DNA of 64,000 bases, taken from the NCBI GenBank assembly GCA_951406725.2, contig OX597827.1, positions 84,568,001-84,632,000 of the forward strand. Direction: 5' to 3'. Numbering within the stretch: the first letter of the stretch is position 1; every line of letters starts with the position of its first letter. This DNA comes from Octopus vulgaris. Lineage: Eukaryota. Of the stretch, positions 43,427-58,000 are shown piece after piece. The position numbers and the translations under genes were made by a program. The notes beneath the pieces are model-generated. The model was given only the letters and a program-made list of their open reading frames with translations, ran no database searches and was not told the origin of the DNA.

Positions 43427-44163
43427 ATAGCTGAAGGATTAAAATTAATCAAAAGACGTACTAGGTATGTCTACCTGCTGAAAATAACAGTTAAGCATCT
43501 TATTGAAATCGCCAAAATACACTGATAATAACTACAGAAATCAATCGGCCGAAGGCAGACGGGCTACGACAGTCTCTCAGTATACATTCAAGTATTTGGA
43601 CAGATTGTCGTAGCCCGATTGCCTTCGGCCGATTGATTTCTGTAGTTATTATCAGAGTAGGCGATTTCAATAAGAGTTTTAACTGTTATTTCCAGCATGT
43701 AGGCGCAGGAGTGGCTGTGTGGTAAGTAGCTTGCTAACCAACCACATGGTTCCGGGTTCAGTCCCACTGCGTGGCATCTTGGGCAAGTGTCTTCTGCTAT
43801 AGCCTCGGGCCGACCAAAGCCTTGTGAGTGGATTTGGTAGACGGAAACTGAAAGAAGCCTGTCGTATATATGTATATATATGTATGTCTGTGTATGTGTC
43901 TGTGTGCCTGTGTTTGTCCCTCTAGCATTGCTTGACAACCGATGCTGGTGTGTTTACGTCCCCGTCAACTAGCGGTTCGGCAAAAGAGACCGATAGAATA
44001 AGTACTGGGCTTACAAAGAATAAATCCCGGGGTCGATTTGCTGGACTAAAGGCGGTGCTCCAGCATGGCCGCAGTCAAATGACTGAAACAAGTAAAAGAG
44101 TAAAAGAGAGAGTATGTAGACATACTCAGTATGTCCTATGATTAATCTTAATCCTTCAGTTAT
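43427..44163. mobile_element. Fold-back palindromic MITE-like element with arms of about 150 bp; right arm split by a SINE
   Basis: 43427-43575 is the reverse complement of 43601-43702 joined to 44120-44163. Confidence 0.8.
43702..44113 (+). mobile_element. tRNA-derived SINE family A, well preserved, with TSD atgtag
   Basis: A-box-like tggctgtgtggt, B-box-like gggttcagtccc; atgtag at 43697-43702 and 44114-44119. Confidence 0.92.
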
Positions 44164-44323
44164 ATATATAATTATAACGAGGGATTGGCTATAAGCCTCT
44201 CCAAGCGCTAGAAATAGACGCCAAGAGACGCTAATACCACCTTAAAACTCCGAAAAATAAGATACGGGCTGTGGTCAAACAAAAGGAAGATAATGACTTC
44301 AGCTTTTGGTTAAACGTGTACAA

Positions 44324-44378
44324 GATCCCGTTTCAAGCTTAGGTAGAACAATTATACCTACTGCTATCTTCAGCAACG
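44324..44378 (-). ncRNA. Degenerate hammerhead-like motif
   Basis: CTGAAGA-[stem containing taggta/taccta]-GAAA-cggga-TC; stems I and III pair poorly. Confidence 0.35.
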
Positions 44379-44441
44379 TTACTCCGTAGCATAAATTCAC
44401 GAGTATCTACACATACGTATACGAGCAGCGACTTTGTACAG

Positions 44442-44486
<45 letters not shown>

Positions 44487-44639
44487 CGTCCAATAATACT
44501 ATATGTGTTCCACGTCCTCGCGTTGTTGTGTTTTCTCTTTGTGTTTTCATGTTTGGATTAACTATATATATATACATATATATATATATACACTCGTAAA
44601 AATACAAAGTAGTGTTCCCATCTCTCTTTTCAGCCACGT

Positions 44640-45400
44640 GTAGAATATCAAAATAACTGCAGTGAATGCAGCTTTGATCAAGGGGCAAATATACCTGCTA
44701 AGTTTTCTTCTTCCGAACACTCTTTGTAAATCTGGGTTCCACTATTTTCATTCTTCTCTAAAGCCACTTCTCGAAAACGCTTCATTGTGGTGTAGCTCTG
44801 TAGACGACATGTCTTTGAGGTCAAACAGGAGATTCAAATGCTGATTCTGGCTACAAAAGCTCCACTTAGAGTTATGAATGTATGTGCAGTCCCTCCTGCT
44901 TAGGCTTCCCATTTGCTTGTCGTAAAATCTTAAGTAATGTTCAAGAAGAGGAATCTTGTTGGTGATGATAGTTCTGATTAATCCAGACAATTTGAAAATT
45001 CCTGATTTCTTTCCGACTCAATCCCTGGCGTGATTAGTATTATAAATTGCCGGACCATCATCTCTGTATACACCCTAGCTTTGAAGTGGTATGGACTTTT
45101 TGAGGATGTTCAAGATAATCTAAGATGTAACATTAGTCTCGTTGTAACTTCCCGTACAGATGTCGAACAGGGGATCAATGTTCTCTATGCCACAACAATC
45201 ACTTCTTAGCTGTTGTTTACTGCTACCGAAACCGCTAATCATGGTGAAGTGCCTTCAGCCGGAGGAATCTAGAAATGGACGATGGAAACGCCATGATATT
45301 AAACAAGATGCAACTGAAGACTCCTTCATTCTGAATTAATAAAGGCGGCGCTGCAGTTCCACTGGACAAATCTAGTCACACTTCTGATATACATATTTAT
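44640..45400 (-). mobile_element. Decayed PLE (Naiad/Chlamys type) reverse transcriptase core
   Basis: LFDICTGSYN...GVYRDDG (YRDDG at 45054-45068)...IFKLSGL matches the FDVxMGSYD and GLYRDDG motifs. Confidence 0.7.
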
Positions 45401-47116
45401 GGCATCAAGGGTAATCTGACTTTTTATGCCTAAAATACTTTTGAAGCTTAATTAGCTTTCAGGGCTGGAAAGAAAATTAGATTTGTGTCGTTAAAGGTCA
45501 CAGCCATGTGGTCGACATGATCTGACGGGGCAGCTCGCTATTCTGCCTCTTTTTGTCAGTGTAGGTTCCGATGTTAGTTTTTCTGTTCGTATTATTGTTA
45601 TAGAAGAGACTGCTATGTGAGGATTCCACGAAGTTTCCATCTAAAGCTTCAGCAGCATATACTTGCGCAAGAGGCATGTGTTGGAATCGAACTGAAAACA
45701 CTTGGTGACAAAGCGAACTTCTTAACCACATGGTCACACCGCCGCAAGTAAGACAACAACAAAAAGAAACCTTTCAGTCTCACATCACAATACTGTAGTT
45801 GACTCGTGGACGAAAAAGAAAACTGACTTTTTATGAAGAAACTTAAATAACCGAACGGAACAAATCTCTGTAAAACATCTTGGGGGAAAAATTAATGAAA
45901 AGTTTCTTTGTCAATAAAAAACCAAAAAACTACATAGAATTTATTGCAGTGAAATTTCAGTATTCAATATAAATGTGGACTTGTTTTCACAGCTGGTGTA
46001 GTTAAGTTTCTGCTCTCACTAGAGTTTCATAAAGTTTATCTTTAAGGTTTGTTTCCTAGACGTTAGATACTGTTTAAAGAGAATCGGCATGTTGACCAAA
46101 ACGATAAGAGGTGGGAATAGCAAAAGTTTTTACTCTTTCACCAGCAGAGCACCGAATCTTTGGTAAATACACTTTACATTTAATATTCCAGAAAAGTTAG
46201 TTTGCTGTAAATAGACACCATGGGCGGACTAATCTGTCTGCTGAAAGTAACAGCCAACTCACAATAACTAGCGATGTTTTTGTTAGAATGAAATGTTGGA
46301 CATATATATACCGTGCTTATACTGTGTGATAGACCACATTTCTATTCTGGGAAAAGTTCTCTCTCCAAATATTTAATGCCTTCACAATTAGGATAAATTC
46401 CAGTTTATCACTTCACCTTAATGGCGGCAGTTTGCAGAGAGCAACGAAACAAATCTTTGGTTCAAAGTGTCATCATCTCATTAACAGCAGCCAAGCGTAA
46501 GTGATAAAGTACATGTGCGTTAGCAGAAGGTGGCAGGTTCAATCCCAGCTGAAAGCATTGGTTAAGCAGAGTGTTTTTAGCAGATGACAGTAGATTCGTT
46601 GCTGGTAAATACTAACAGAGTCTCCCTGGAGAAACCTACCCGCTCTGCACCCTGAAACAACTGTCAAACTGAAAAGTAATTTATCAAAGAGGCAGTGTCG
46701 GGGTGGTAGTGTGCGAGGGTGGGGGCAGGCGGAGAAAGGATTTTGGACAGGAAAAAAAAATCGATAACGATGTATAAAAAGCGATAAAAACAATGAAATA
46801 ACAAAAAAAAACAACGAAATAAAATGTGAAATATTTTAATTACAAAACGAAATAGAAAGTTGTAACACAAGGCAAACACACACACACAGAGACAGAGGAA
46901 CATAACTAAATTTGTGTAGCTATACATGTCGTGTGTGTGTGTGTGTGTGTGAACATGAATACACTTATATTTACATGTTTCTTTACATGCAAATGTATAG
47001 TAATAATACACACCTATACGCATACACACATACACACACACACACACACACATCTGTATATGTACTTATATATCTATACATACACACATATATACACACA
47101 AATATATAGATACACA

Positions 47117-47173
<57 letters not shown>

Positions 47174-47764
47174 GCATACACACGTATACACACACAGATA
47201 TCTAACAACAACAACCTTTTCCAATAACAATAAATACATTTAGAGAAGAACTGTAAATAAAATTTTAAAAAATAACATTGATTGTAGATAAGCAAAGATA
47301 GGAGGGGTGTGGTGTGATGGTGGGTGGTGGTGGAGATGTCTCTCCTCTCTGGAAGGTTCTTTCTGTAAGCAAAGGTTTTATTATGTCTATGATGTCCCAT
47401 ATTTTCGTTGTCAGTCTAAACATGGTTGATGAGGGCGCTACTGTGGTGGTGCTGGTGGTGGCAGTAATGTAGAATGGTGGTCGCTTTGTGTAGAATGTGT
47501 ACACAGTGTGTATATGTATGTGTGTGGCTGGGCGAGGTGCTGTGTACACTGTGTATATATATATATATACATTATGACTGAGGACAAATGTGTGTATGCT
47601 GTATCAGTGTGATGTGTGTGCTCAAGTGAAAGCCTAACAAAAGTGTGTTTGTGAGTGTGTGTGTGTGTGCACCTCACCCCACACCCACAAATGTAAGGGG
47701 ATAAAGAGAGAGACGGGCAAACAAGCTGGCAGACTGTTATATATATATACCGTTATATATACCG

Positions 47765-47812
<48 letters not shown>

Positions 47813-50800
47813 ACATTCGTGCATATGTAGAAGTCTACATTCGTACACACGTCTAGACACGCGTGCTTTTATACGTACACACAAATGTACAACTGCTTTA
47901 AATATATGTGTCGTATATACATGTATAGGTGTCTTAATACGTAAGTAAATCTACAGGTACCGAACACACACACACACACGTTGCGCGCGCACACGCACAC
48001 AGAAACTTAGCCTCACTCCATGGCCATTGTGTGTCTGTAGTGGTGTATGTTTGTTAAGGTTTTCAATGTGAGAATAACCTCCTTCCTTCCTTCCGCCAGT
48101 CACAGAAACCGTTCCATTTTTTTGGCGCGGTACTCCAGTCTTTACACCATATTTGTTGGACGAATCGATAGGTCGACGTTGCCCCTTACGCCGCTTGTTT
48201 TATGGCTTACCCACGCACGCGCACACACGGTATTAATATTTCAAAAATAACAAAGTACTGAGATGTTAATAGCTACAATCTTTCATTCGGTCACGAGTAA
48301 AGTGTCTTCTTTTGCAATGGATCATCTGGTCTCTATGCAAGAGGCCTCTGTGTTTCCAAGTTATCCCTATTAAAAGCTTCAAATTAAGTATCATAAATTA
48401 CGAAATATTTCCGGATTATGCACTTGTTTCAGCTATCATGTTTGGTTGAAGCTGATGATAACTTCTTTAATTAACATTAAAATATTTGATTAAAAATAAT
48501 TAAGCAAAGAGGCAATGATATCATTAGCTTAATGACTGATACAATTTTAATTATTTTAATTACTTCATTATCAAATATCAGACATGTTTCGACTTTTTTT
48601 AAACCTTCTCAGGAAAATATACACTTCACCGCATTTGCTGAAATAATGATGATAAAATCACTAGCAAGAAAGACAATACTCTACACGAGTCGATGTGAGA
48701 AATTAAATAACTAACAACAAAGCAAAACCCTTGAAAGGTTTCCTAGGATAAGAGCAAATAGAAGTATCTCTATCTGTGAAATATTTAAATCAACAAAGTG
48801 ATAAACAGCGAGTGAAACCGTGCTACAGCGAGAGACGAGCTTGGTAAAAGAGAAAAACCTTTAAATGAATATAAATCAAGATAAAGAATTTTCTAAATCT
48901 GTAAGTTGTTGTGAATAAAACTAACGACATTAATTTTGTCGTCGATCATGATCAATATGTATGTCTGGCAAATCAATATTATTTCTGCAGGCTTCACAGA
49001 TTCCTCTTTGATCCTGACAGTGTTATGTACTGCATATTTAAAGGACTTCAAACTTTAATAATTCTGACCAAGCCATCACGCACAAATACACTGAAAGCTT
49101 TTGTAATGTCCAGGCCTGTTCGATCCTATTAGGGAAAAAAAAAACGTTTAATTAAATGATATAAATTAATGAGATGGTTTTAAATAGTCCTGTAGTAATG
49201 TTCGGCTTTGGCACGATTACAGCTTTCATTTAGTTTTGGAGAAAGAGATTCGCAAACTGGTGAGATTGACGTGGTTACTGTTTTGTATGGGTAGAGAAGG
49301 GGAAATTTTAGAAGGGGAGGAAGGATTAGGCATAATGCTTAGGGTACAGTTTAAAGAGGGGATGATTTATTAGAATATGGGTGACGATAGCAGGAGATAT
49401 GAGGGAATAAAATTTGTCTGAATGGAGAAAGCGTGGCACCAACCATTTTCGTGTATCAAAGTTCGATGTCGTAGCAAAGGCAGAGTGAAGAGAGAATGAG
49501 TTTTGAGGATCAGACTGGGGGGTATTTGGGGGATTCAATCGGGGAACCTTTCTTGCATGTGATCAAAGATGTTTGTGGATGTCGCAGAAGCAGCGTCCCA
49601 GATATGGCAGATATTTTAGAGTCTCACTCGAACGTTAATAGTTGTTGAGGTTGGTGACGGAATGAAGTATTTTGTTCCCCTGATGAGGGGGGGGGGAATC
49701 AGTGTTTTGGATTCAGGGTTTGCTACGTTGAGATTGTGAGTAATAACTAATGATGGTAAGGCCAAGGATTTGATCCGCAAATACTTTAACAATTATCAAA
49801 GTTTAGATTGTCGAGGTGTGTAATACCCCCTCAACTAGACTTGACCCAGTCGCCACAATCTGTATGTAACATCTCTTCCTCTTCTTGTCACCTATGATGG
49901 ATTTGAAACATCATTTATTTCCGAAGAATAACAAATCGAATGAGTGACTTTAATATCTGTGGTCAACTATGTCTTTAGGCTCTCCTTTGTGGCTATAAAA
50001 TATACCAGTCATTTATTCGGGAGATTTAAATCGACTGTATAGTTATGCTTGTGTTAGAAATTATTACCTTAAAAGTATATAAAAATATCTCCACAGCACT
50101 TTTCTTGGTGATGGACTTGTGAAACATTGTCGTGTAGCAGTAGTAGCATCGACTTGTGACTAATAACACTTGTTTCAAAAAGGATAACTGAGATGTGATC
50201 AAGGATTTGCTGAGATCAATGTTTTGTTGTGGACATTAACAAATAATTTTCATTTGTTTCAAGATCGATCCAGTTACTCGTAGTCTCTTGTTGTTTAATC
50301 TCAGGTTAGCTTTAATCAGGCAAATCTATGATCAAAATACATTCCACTCGTGATTGGGTTTTTTCCCCGAGACTTTATAACTATGATAACATTACCGAAT
50401 ATGTTTCTTTTAACGATTGTGTTATTAAAGGGAGATTTGACTGCTAGTTCTAGCTGGTAGAGCGGCTAAAGACAGATGCAGAGAATATTGCTCATTCTTG
50501 AGGTCTAAATATCAGAAAATCTTTTAGTGGTTTCAGTGCTATTTTCTACGACTGTACGACCCATTACTATGAGCGGCGTTTCAGCTTTGGTGATCTCCAA
50601 ATTGCATCGAATGAAATACGAAGTCACACACTTAATTTTAATTAATCAGGACTAACAAGGGGACGCAGACATTGTTGAACAATGATTAAATCCATCAGAG
50701 AAGGGAGACAACCCAAAAGCATCAATGCGTCGACACAACGTCGACTCAGTTATTAGATTATGGTTTTTTAAATATGTTTCAAGCAAGGGGGGGGAGGACA

Positions 50801-51799
50801 TCAGATAACAGAAACCTCCGAAAGAAGAACAAGGTCACAACTTTTGGTTATAAGTTTCTTGGATTAGAGTTTTAAAAAAATGACAAAAACAGATTCATTA
50901 TTTATTGAAGAGTTAAACATATGATGGGAGAGAATCTTTAAAGGAAGCGTTCCTATAACTCGCGTTCATTGGTTGCTTATCGGTTGATAAGCAACTTTCT
51001 CGGTAACACAGTCGTTTAATTCCTAAAATTTGGTTCTACATGTCACCTATTCATAATGAAATACTCTGATTATTATGATTTATTATGATATATTTTTACT
51101 GTTTAATCATGGAGGGAAGGGCAGGATCTTTGACCTTCACGTTTTCAGATCCTTCGAACGAGACAGATGAGATGGGGGGAATTTATTTTGAAATAGGGAA
51201 ATTTGGCCCGATTTCTTGTGATAGAGTGAACTCTGTTAAAGGTAGCCAAGTCCCAGGTGTTGGTGTTAAACCGGATGACGGATTAGGTCAACCACCGAAG
51301 AGTTCCGAACGTAAACAGCTAGAACAAATACCACAGGGTGTCTCTTCCTGACGCTCTAACCACATCTCTAATCCTCTGTCCTCGAATTCCTTCTCGGGTC
51401 AATGCAATTAAAGATGACGTCAGTGCGATTTGAAATCAGTGCGCAGGAAGAATACCGCAAATGACATTCTACATTGAACTAACAATGCCGATTCGCTGAC
51501 TAGATCTCGCTAACCCCAACGAAAAAGCCTTACATAAAATAATGAAGGGAATTTTCAAAATTGGGCGGGTTTTCTTTACAAGACTCAGGCGGGTTGGTGT
51601 TAGAAGCTTCACCCCCAACCTGTCTCATCTCAGGATGTCATGTTAGATATCTTGGTCGCCTATTTAAAGATGACTCCTCTCGAAATAGCAACTGTGCGAT
51701 AAGTGCTAACATATTTAACAGTGTGAACACAACATGTTAATCAATTATAATTACATACATGGTGAGGAGAAAAATTAATTAGTGTGATCATTAGCTCTT

Positions 51800-52290
51800 T
51801 TCAAATAAGACAGGGGAGAGAATTCAGAGATGAATTCAAAGCAAAGCGTAGGCACAATAGTGTGAAGTGAGTCTGATCTTCGGTAAGTAAGGTTACCAAT
51901 TCTGGACATATTTCAGTCATATTAATCCTCATCAGCCAAGTGTGGAGACGTTTGTCACCGAGACAGACTGTCCCCAGTCTCCTCACTCTCCGATCTTAAT
52001 CTCCTCTAAAATAACCGGACAAACGTAACAATGTTTTTGTGGACATTGGTCACATGGAGAGCGGGTTTTACTTTCTTATTCATTTCACCGTCAAATACAT
52101 TCACACAATTCCGTCTCGGGACTTCCATGCTTCGCTTGATTATGGAAGACAGCTGTTTGTGTTTGAAGTGTCTACTCTTTACATAGCTTCATCTAACAAT
52201 TGCTTTACCAACACCGAAGGGAAATCACCAAAATCATCAAATCAAACCGATTCCATTATTTTCACATGCGCGCGCGCAATAGGAAACACT
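51800..52290 (-). mobile_element. Possible PLE 3' end with degenerate hammerhead at 51901-51940
   Basis: tgg-CTGATGA-ggattaatatgact-GAAA-tatg-TC-cag on the minus strand; weak GIY-YIG-terminal-like sequence upstream. Confidence 0.35.
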
Positions 52291-52678
52291 TAAAAAGCAA
52301 ACCCACACCATATCACGCTCTCTCTCTCTCTCTCACGCACACGATATCACACACATAACCGTACACAATAGGACATACAATATCGCGTGCACTACACACA
52401 CACACATACATACATACACACACAAACACATACAAGTCATGTAATTAAAGAGAGGTCGATAAATTATGTACTGTAAGTCCTGAGGTCGATCGACTAAAAA
52501 AAACGATAAAGATAGTGCCCCAGCATGGTCACGGTCGAGTGACTGGAACCACTATGAGACTGCGTGTGTGTCTAGAATTAAATCTAAACAATCATTTCTA
52601 GCAAGTGGCGTTTCTTTCTGTGTTCGCTTTACGCGAACGCAACGGATTTAACTCTTCTACCAGTCACACACACACACA

Positions 52679-52717
<39 letters not shown>

Positions 52718-53365
52718 GCGCACGCAGAGCCGGTAGAGCAGATGTATGTTCGTGCATGCATGTGTGTGTGTGTACTTCAGCTCGTAGGCTTTTGAATAGA
52801 TTTATATTTTAGAAATATTACAGTTGATATAACTGATATAACAGATGTATGCCTGTTACTTATACTTTAAGTAGGGTGCATACCCTACAGAACTGTATGT
52901 AAACCCTGTAGAACTTGATAGGGCTTCTGGTTCAATTTTAAGTAAAGTTGACTTTTTTTTTCTCTTCAGGTATGAGGCGGGATGCATGTATGATGAAATG
53001 GTTAGTTGTATTGAGATACATGGTGAGAGAGAGCGGGGTGTCAGTGAAGTGCCTCTGTGGCGGGTGGGGGCGCGACAGGAACGGTGTTAACCTCATGCTG
53101 GAAACGCGAGTTTAATTGTTGTTGCTCTTCTTCTTCTTGATTGTTGTCGGCGAGTTAAGACGTATTTCCAACGCTTCGTGAGTTTGAGTTTTTTGTGGCT
53201 TTTTTCAAGTTTTGTTGACTGTTTTATTTGACTGTTTTGTTTTCCGAACCCGTTTTGGTGTGCAGAAGGGGTTCTTTTGTTGAAATTTCCCCCTTTTAGG
53301 GGCGAATTTTGGACCTTTTGTCCATTAAAAATATGTTTTGTTTCTTCGTCTAACGAAAAAACAAG

Positions 53366-54830
53366 ATGGCTTCCTCTGTCGTCTGTAGTGGCAGCGGCTG
53401 TTCTAACAGCCAGTTCAGCCAAGGTTTGCCTCCTCTGAACAGCACGTGTAGCAGTAGGAAATTCACTCATAACACCTGCACCACGATTGATACAGAAAAA
53501 GAAAGAAAGAAAAGCCAAGTAGACGCCGCCATCGCCACCACCGACATGAACAAGTCAAGTAACGACAAGCAAAATAACGAAAAAAAAAAAAAATACCAGC
53601 ACGAGCAAAAATGACAAATCAAGCAGACACGGTTTCGCTTCCGCGCCGAAACAATCGCGAGAAAAATTTAACATCACATTAGAGGATTTAAAAAATTCAA
53701 AGGAACTTTTAGGGAAACAAGGCAATACTGTTTTACTAAATACTTGAGAAGAAATTATGATTGACACAAACCGTAAAAAAATTACATTCAAATGTATAAA
53801 CAAGAGGGAAAAGGCTTTAGAAAGAGCAACACAAAAACAGCTGGAGTTGATCTTGAAACCGATTTGGAAAAACAAAACTTATGTGAGACGGAGAAAAGGA
53901 TTTGGTACTGTGGAAGTGCGCTTCGCAACGGAGGAAGAAACACGAAAACATTCCAGAACGCCATTAATATCGGAGGACCTTGAAACTCATGCCGACATAT
54001 CTTGGTCGGCGCGGTACAAAAATTAAAATTGCGGAGGTGTTCCCTGAAATAAATATATGTAGGCTGGTGGTGGTGGTCCCCTATGATATAGAAGACACCG
54101 CCAATATACTGGAGGTGCATAAATTGCACCAACAAAATTGGACAGGTCAAGGATTGGAGCCTCTTGTTAACGCCATAAATTTACCAGATGGCACGAGACT
54201 GCACGTGGCCGTGGAGGGCAGACGGCCGAGGTGTTACTTTTGTGGGAGCGACTAGCACCTCAAGGTCGACTGCTCCAAACACAAAGAGATGAGAGGGAAG
54301 CTGCAAGCGACAGCAGAAGCGGGGGCAGCTCTGGTGCAACAGCAGCAGCAGAAACCAGCCCCATCACCACCAACAGGGACGCTGCCTCCAGCCGTCGCCA
54401 GGGCATCACCAACTCCAACACCAAAAACTGGACGGCATACCACCATCACCACCAACAACAACATTTGAACCCAAGCAAGACGAACAACCAGAGAACATCC
54501 CTCTTCCGGACCAAAATAACTCGGACTGTTCGAGTATTGAGGCCGAGAAGGGAGAGTGGAAAACTGTTCTCCCCACCTCCCAAAAGGAAAAGAAAGACAG
54601 TAGAAAAAAGAGGGAGAGGCGCAAACAGGAGGAAATTCCCAACAGCAGCAACAAGCAAACACATCAAACAACAACATACAACAACACCAACAATACTATC
54701 ACAAACACCACCCACCTCACAGCCATCGACACCGACAACACATGCCTTGTTCAATACAGCAGACAACACACAGACACCACAATGGATTACTTTCTCTTCA
54801 CAACATACAGATTTCAAAACTAAAGCATGA
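53366..54830 (+). pseudogene. ORF1 (gag-like) remnant with CX2CX4HX4C zinc knuckle
   Basis: RRPRCYFCGSD*HLKVDC (knuckle at 54232-54273); upstream GTVEVRFATEE; several frameshifts. Confidence 0.7.
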
Positions 54831-55003
54831 CACGTACAACACATTAAAAAATCAACTTTCCAAATGCTGTTGGGCCTTTTGAAAAAAATTTTCGAAAAGA
54901 CTGTTCAAAAACCTCGTGGAAACGCCCAGACAAAAACCAAGGGTACACTCCTGCCCAACAATAATGGTAAGTAGAGCTCTTCTCCAGCTTAATTTTATTT
55001 ACA

Positions 55004-58000
55004 ATGGTGACGACCCTCAGAATAGGTTGTAAAAATGTCAGGGGCCTCGGGTCACCTTTTAAATGCCTGAAGTACCTTGGTGTAGATGTTGCAGCCATTA
55101 GTGAATCCAGGCTATCCGACCCACGGGATCTCATCACCTTTTTCGGCGGATACGCGATTTTTCTATTTCCGTGTCGGCCGGGAGGGGTGGCGCTCTTCTG
55201 GAAGGGTCTGAATTTGAAAATAAAGGCAATCTTCCTGGATCCGGAAAGTAAGTTGGTGGTCTTAGATGTGAACAGCAGTGACGGCAGTGCTTTCAGACTG
55301 GTGACTCCTATTCTCCGTCAGGGGCAGGGCGGTCTGATTACTTCAAGCGTATGGAGGTCTTCCTGGGAACGTCTCGGACTCTAGTATTAGTAGGAGATTA
55401 GAACGCTGTCTTAGATGGACGTTTCGTTTGCGTGGGTGTGTCTGATAGGAGAGGTGGGTGCAAAAGCCTCCAAAACCTGCTCAGACGTTTTTAATTGTGT
55501 GACAGGTGCCGACTAGATTACCCAAATGTGCCAATGTGGACTTGGACAAACCGCATCGGGTCGTCTTGATCGTATCTAGATAGGGTATGTTGTAAGCCAG
55601 CGGACATGGATAGTATAGGGTGCCCACAATTCCACATGGTCGGCTACACAGACCACATATTTGTGATCTGTACGGTCCACTTAGAAAAGCTTCATTGACA
55701 GGGTCCCGGGTACTGGAAGCTGAACACATAGTTACCGGCGTGTCCAACTTACAGAGACCGGATTAACGAATTAGTTAAGCGGGCGTTGACAGGGGCAATC
55801 GTCAACAATAACTGGTGGTTTGCTCGTAAAAGAGCAATTAGAGTAGAATTGATTAGGTTTAGCAAGGCAGTAGCGGAAGAAAGAAATATAGTAGAGGGAA
55901 AGTTAGATGAGGCGCTTAGGACAGACATCGCAACTGACGTGTTGGCGGCGAGATAGGCCCTCGACCAATTTTTTGACGCTAAACATGAAGCGTTGCGTTG
56001 TCAAACCTTAGGTACGTTCACTAAGTGGGGAGGGAACGAAAGCGTCACGATGGACCCGTGTGGCGGAGGATAAACGTGACAACAAAGCCACCATTCGGTC
56101 TTTGGTGGACCAGAACGGACACGAGGTGTTCGAATCGAAGCAGATGTGTGCAGCCTTTCAGCAGTAATTTGCTCGACTGTTTGGGACGAGCGGTGGGACG
56201 GGTAACACGGCAGACTTCGGTGTGTACTTGGACGGCCTCTCAGCGAACGAGGCAGAGTGCTGCGAAACGCCAATAACAGCCTGGAAAGTACAGGAAGCGC
56301 TGAAAAGTTGAACGAGAGGCAGATCGCTGGGTTTGAATGGTATGCCCTACGAGCTTTACTTTTCAATGCTCGACTTGTTTGCGGACCTCTTGGCAGACGT
56401 CTACTGCAACTGGCAACAAAACGGAAGGATTCCTTTTGTTTGTCGATGAGTGGTGGCACTTCTGAGAAAGGACCCAAACAAGGGGGACGTTGTAGAGAAT
56501 TTCAGGCCCATCACTATGCTCAATTCAGAGTTGAAGATTTCGGCCAAGGTGTTAGCCAAGAGGTTGGCACTTGTCGTAGACAAGCTGGTTGGCGAGGGCA
56601 AACATGCGCCATCCCAACCAGGAGTATTCATAATAACATCCGTCTTATGCGCTACATCATAGAGAGGGTGGGTAACGAAGCTGGCATAGGTGGGGCCCTG
56701 ATCAGTTTAAATCAATCTAAAGCCTTTGATAGGGTTGACCATCAATACTTGGCAGCTGTCTTCAAGGCAGCCGGTTTCGGTCCAGTCTTCCGCGGTTGGA
56801 TCACTGCTTTGTACAGCGGCATCCGCTCGGTTGTTCGGGTGAATAGTCACCTGTCGGAGCCATTCAGCATCTTGCGTTCGGTCCGTCAAGGATGCCCTCT
56901 TTCCTCCCTTCTCTATGTACTGACTCGAGCCATTACTGCGGAAGTTGGAGGCTTTGAGAGATGTCCCACTGATGATGTCACCGTCATAGTGTCGTACCAC
57001 GGGCATATAGACCTGATTAGCGAAGTACTACAGGAATATGTAGCGGTTTCAGGTGCCAAAATTAACGCGGAAAAGTCTATGGCTTGCAACTCGGCACCTG
57101 GAGAGGCAAGTCCATGCCGTCCAACAGCATAGTGGGACGCTGGACAGACGGTCCCGTTAAGTTGCTCGGAATCTGGTTTGGTTGGGACATGCAGGTGGAG
57201 AAAAACTGGGACGAGGTGATGAACAGGGTAGCGAATGTCACCCAGAAATGGGCCGAGAGAAAGCTGTCCCTGAAAGGTCGAGCGGAGGTGGCGAATGCGT
57301 ACATCCGTCATCTATTACCGCTTGACTGTCGTCCCTTGCCCCGTGTGCTGCTTGACCAAGCTGGTGCGCTTACTCTTCCACTTTCTGTGGAAGGGGCACG
57401 TTCCACTGGTCAGGCGCTCCATCTGCTGTCAACAGCCGCTGAATGGAGGGCTGGGTATGCCGTGGTTACTGATGCTCAGACATGCGCGCAGCTTGCGGCA
57501 TCTCCAGAGTTTCCTTGACGGTGAGAAGGTGTGGTCACCGTTTGTAAGAAACACTTTTCCACAGCTCGTCTCTTTGACTGAGATATAATCCTGGATTAGG
57601 CGTAGACCGAGGAGGGGCGCTTGGCACCTTGGGTACCATCAAGCGCTCACTTCTCTCCTCCAGGCGGGCAATACGGCCGGTGGTAGTTCCACTCTAGCGT
57701 TCTATAGAGGACTAGTGGAAGGAAAATGCGACAACGTTCTCGGGGAAACTCTGGGCGTCGATGAAGATCAACTAACCGGTTTGTTTCGAAGAACTTTCGG
57801 GCCTGGGCCTATGGATAACTTCCAGAAATCCCTTGCCTGGCAGTGCTACCGAGGGGCGCTGCCTATTCGGGATGAACTTTACAGGCACGGGAGTGCCCTC
57901 AGCCGGGCTTGTTCGAGGTGCGCCCACAACGATGAAACCGTTCTGCGCGCCCTAGTCCAGTGCCCGAATATTGCTGACCTGTGGGCTTATGTTGAACACC

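Noticed and set aside
52950-53006. Possible host micro-exon (ttttttctcttcag|...aaatg|gttagt)
   Set aside because: Splice-like signals alone are insufficient without transcript evidence
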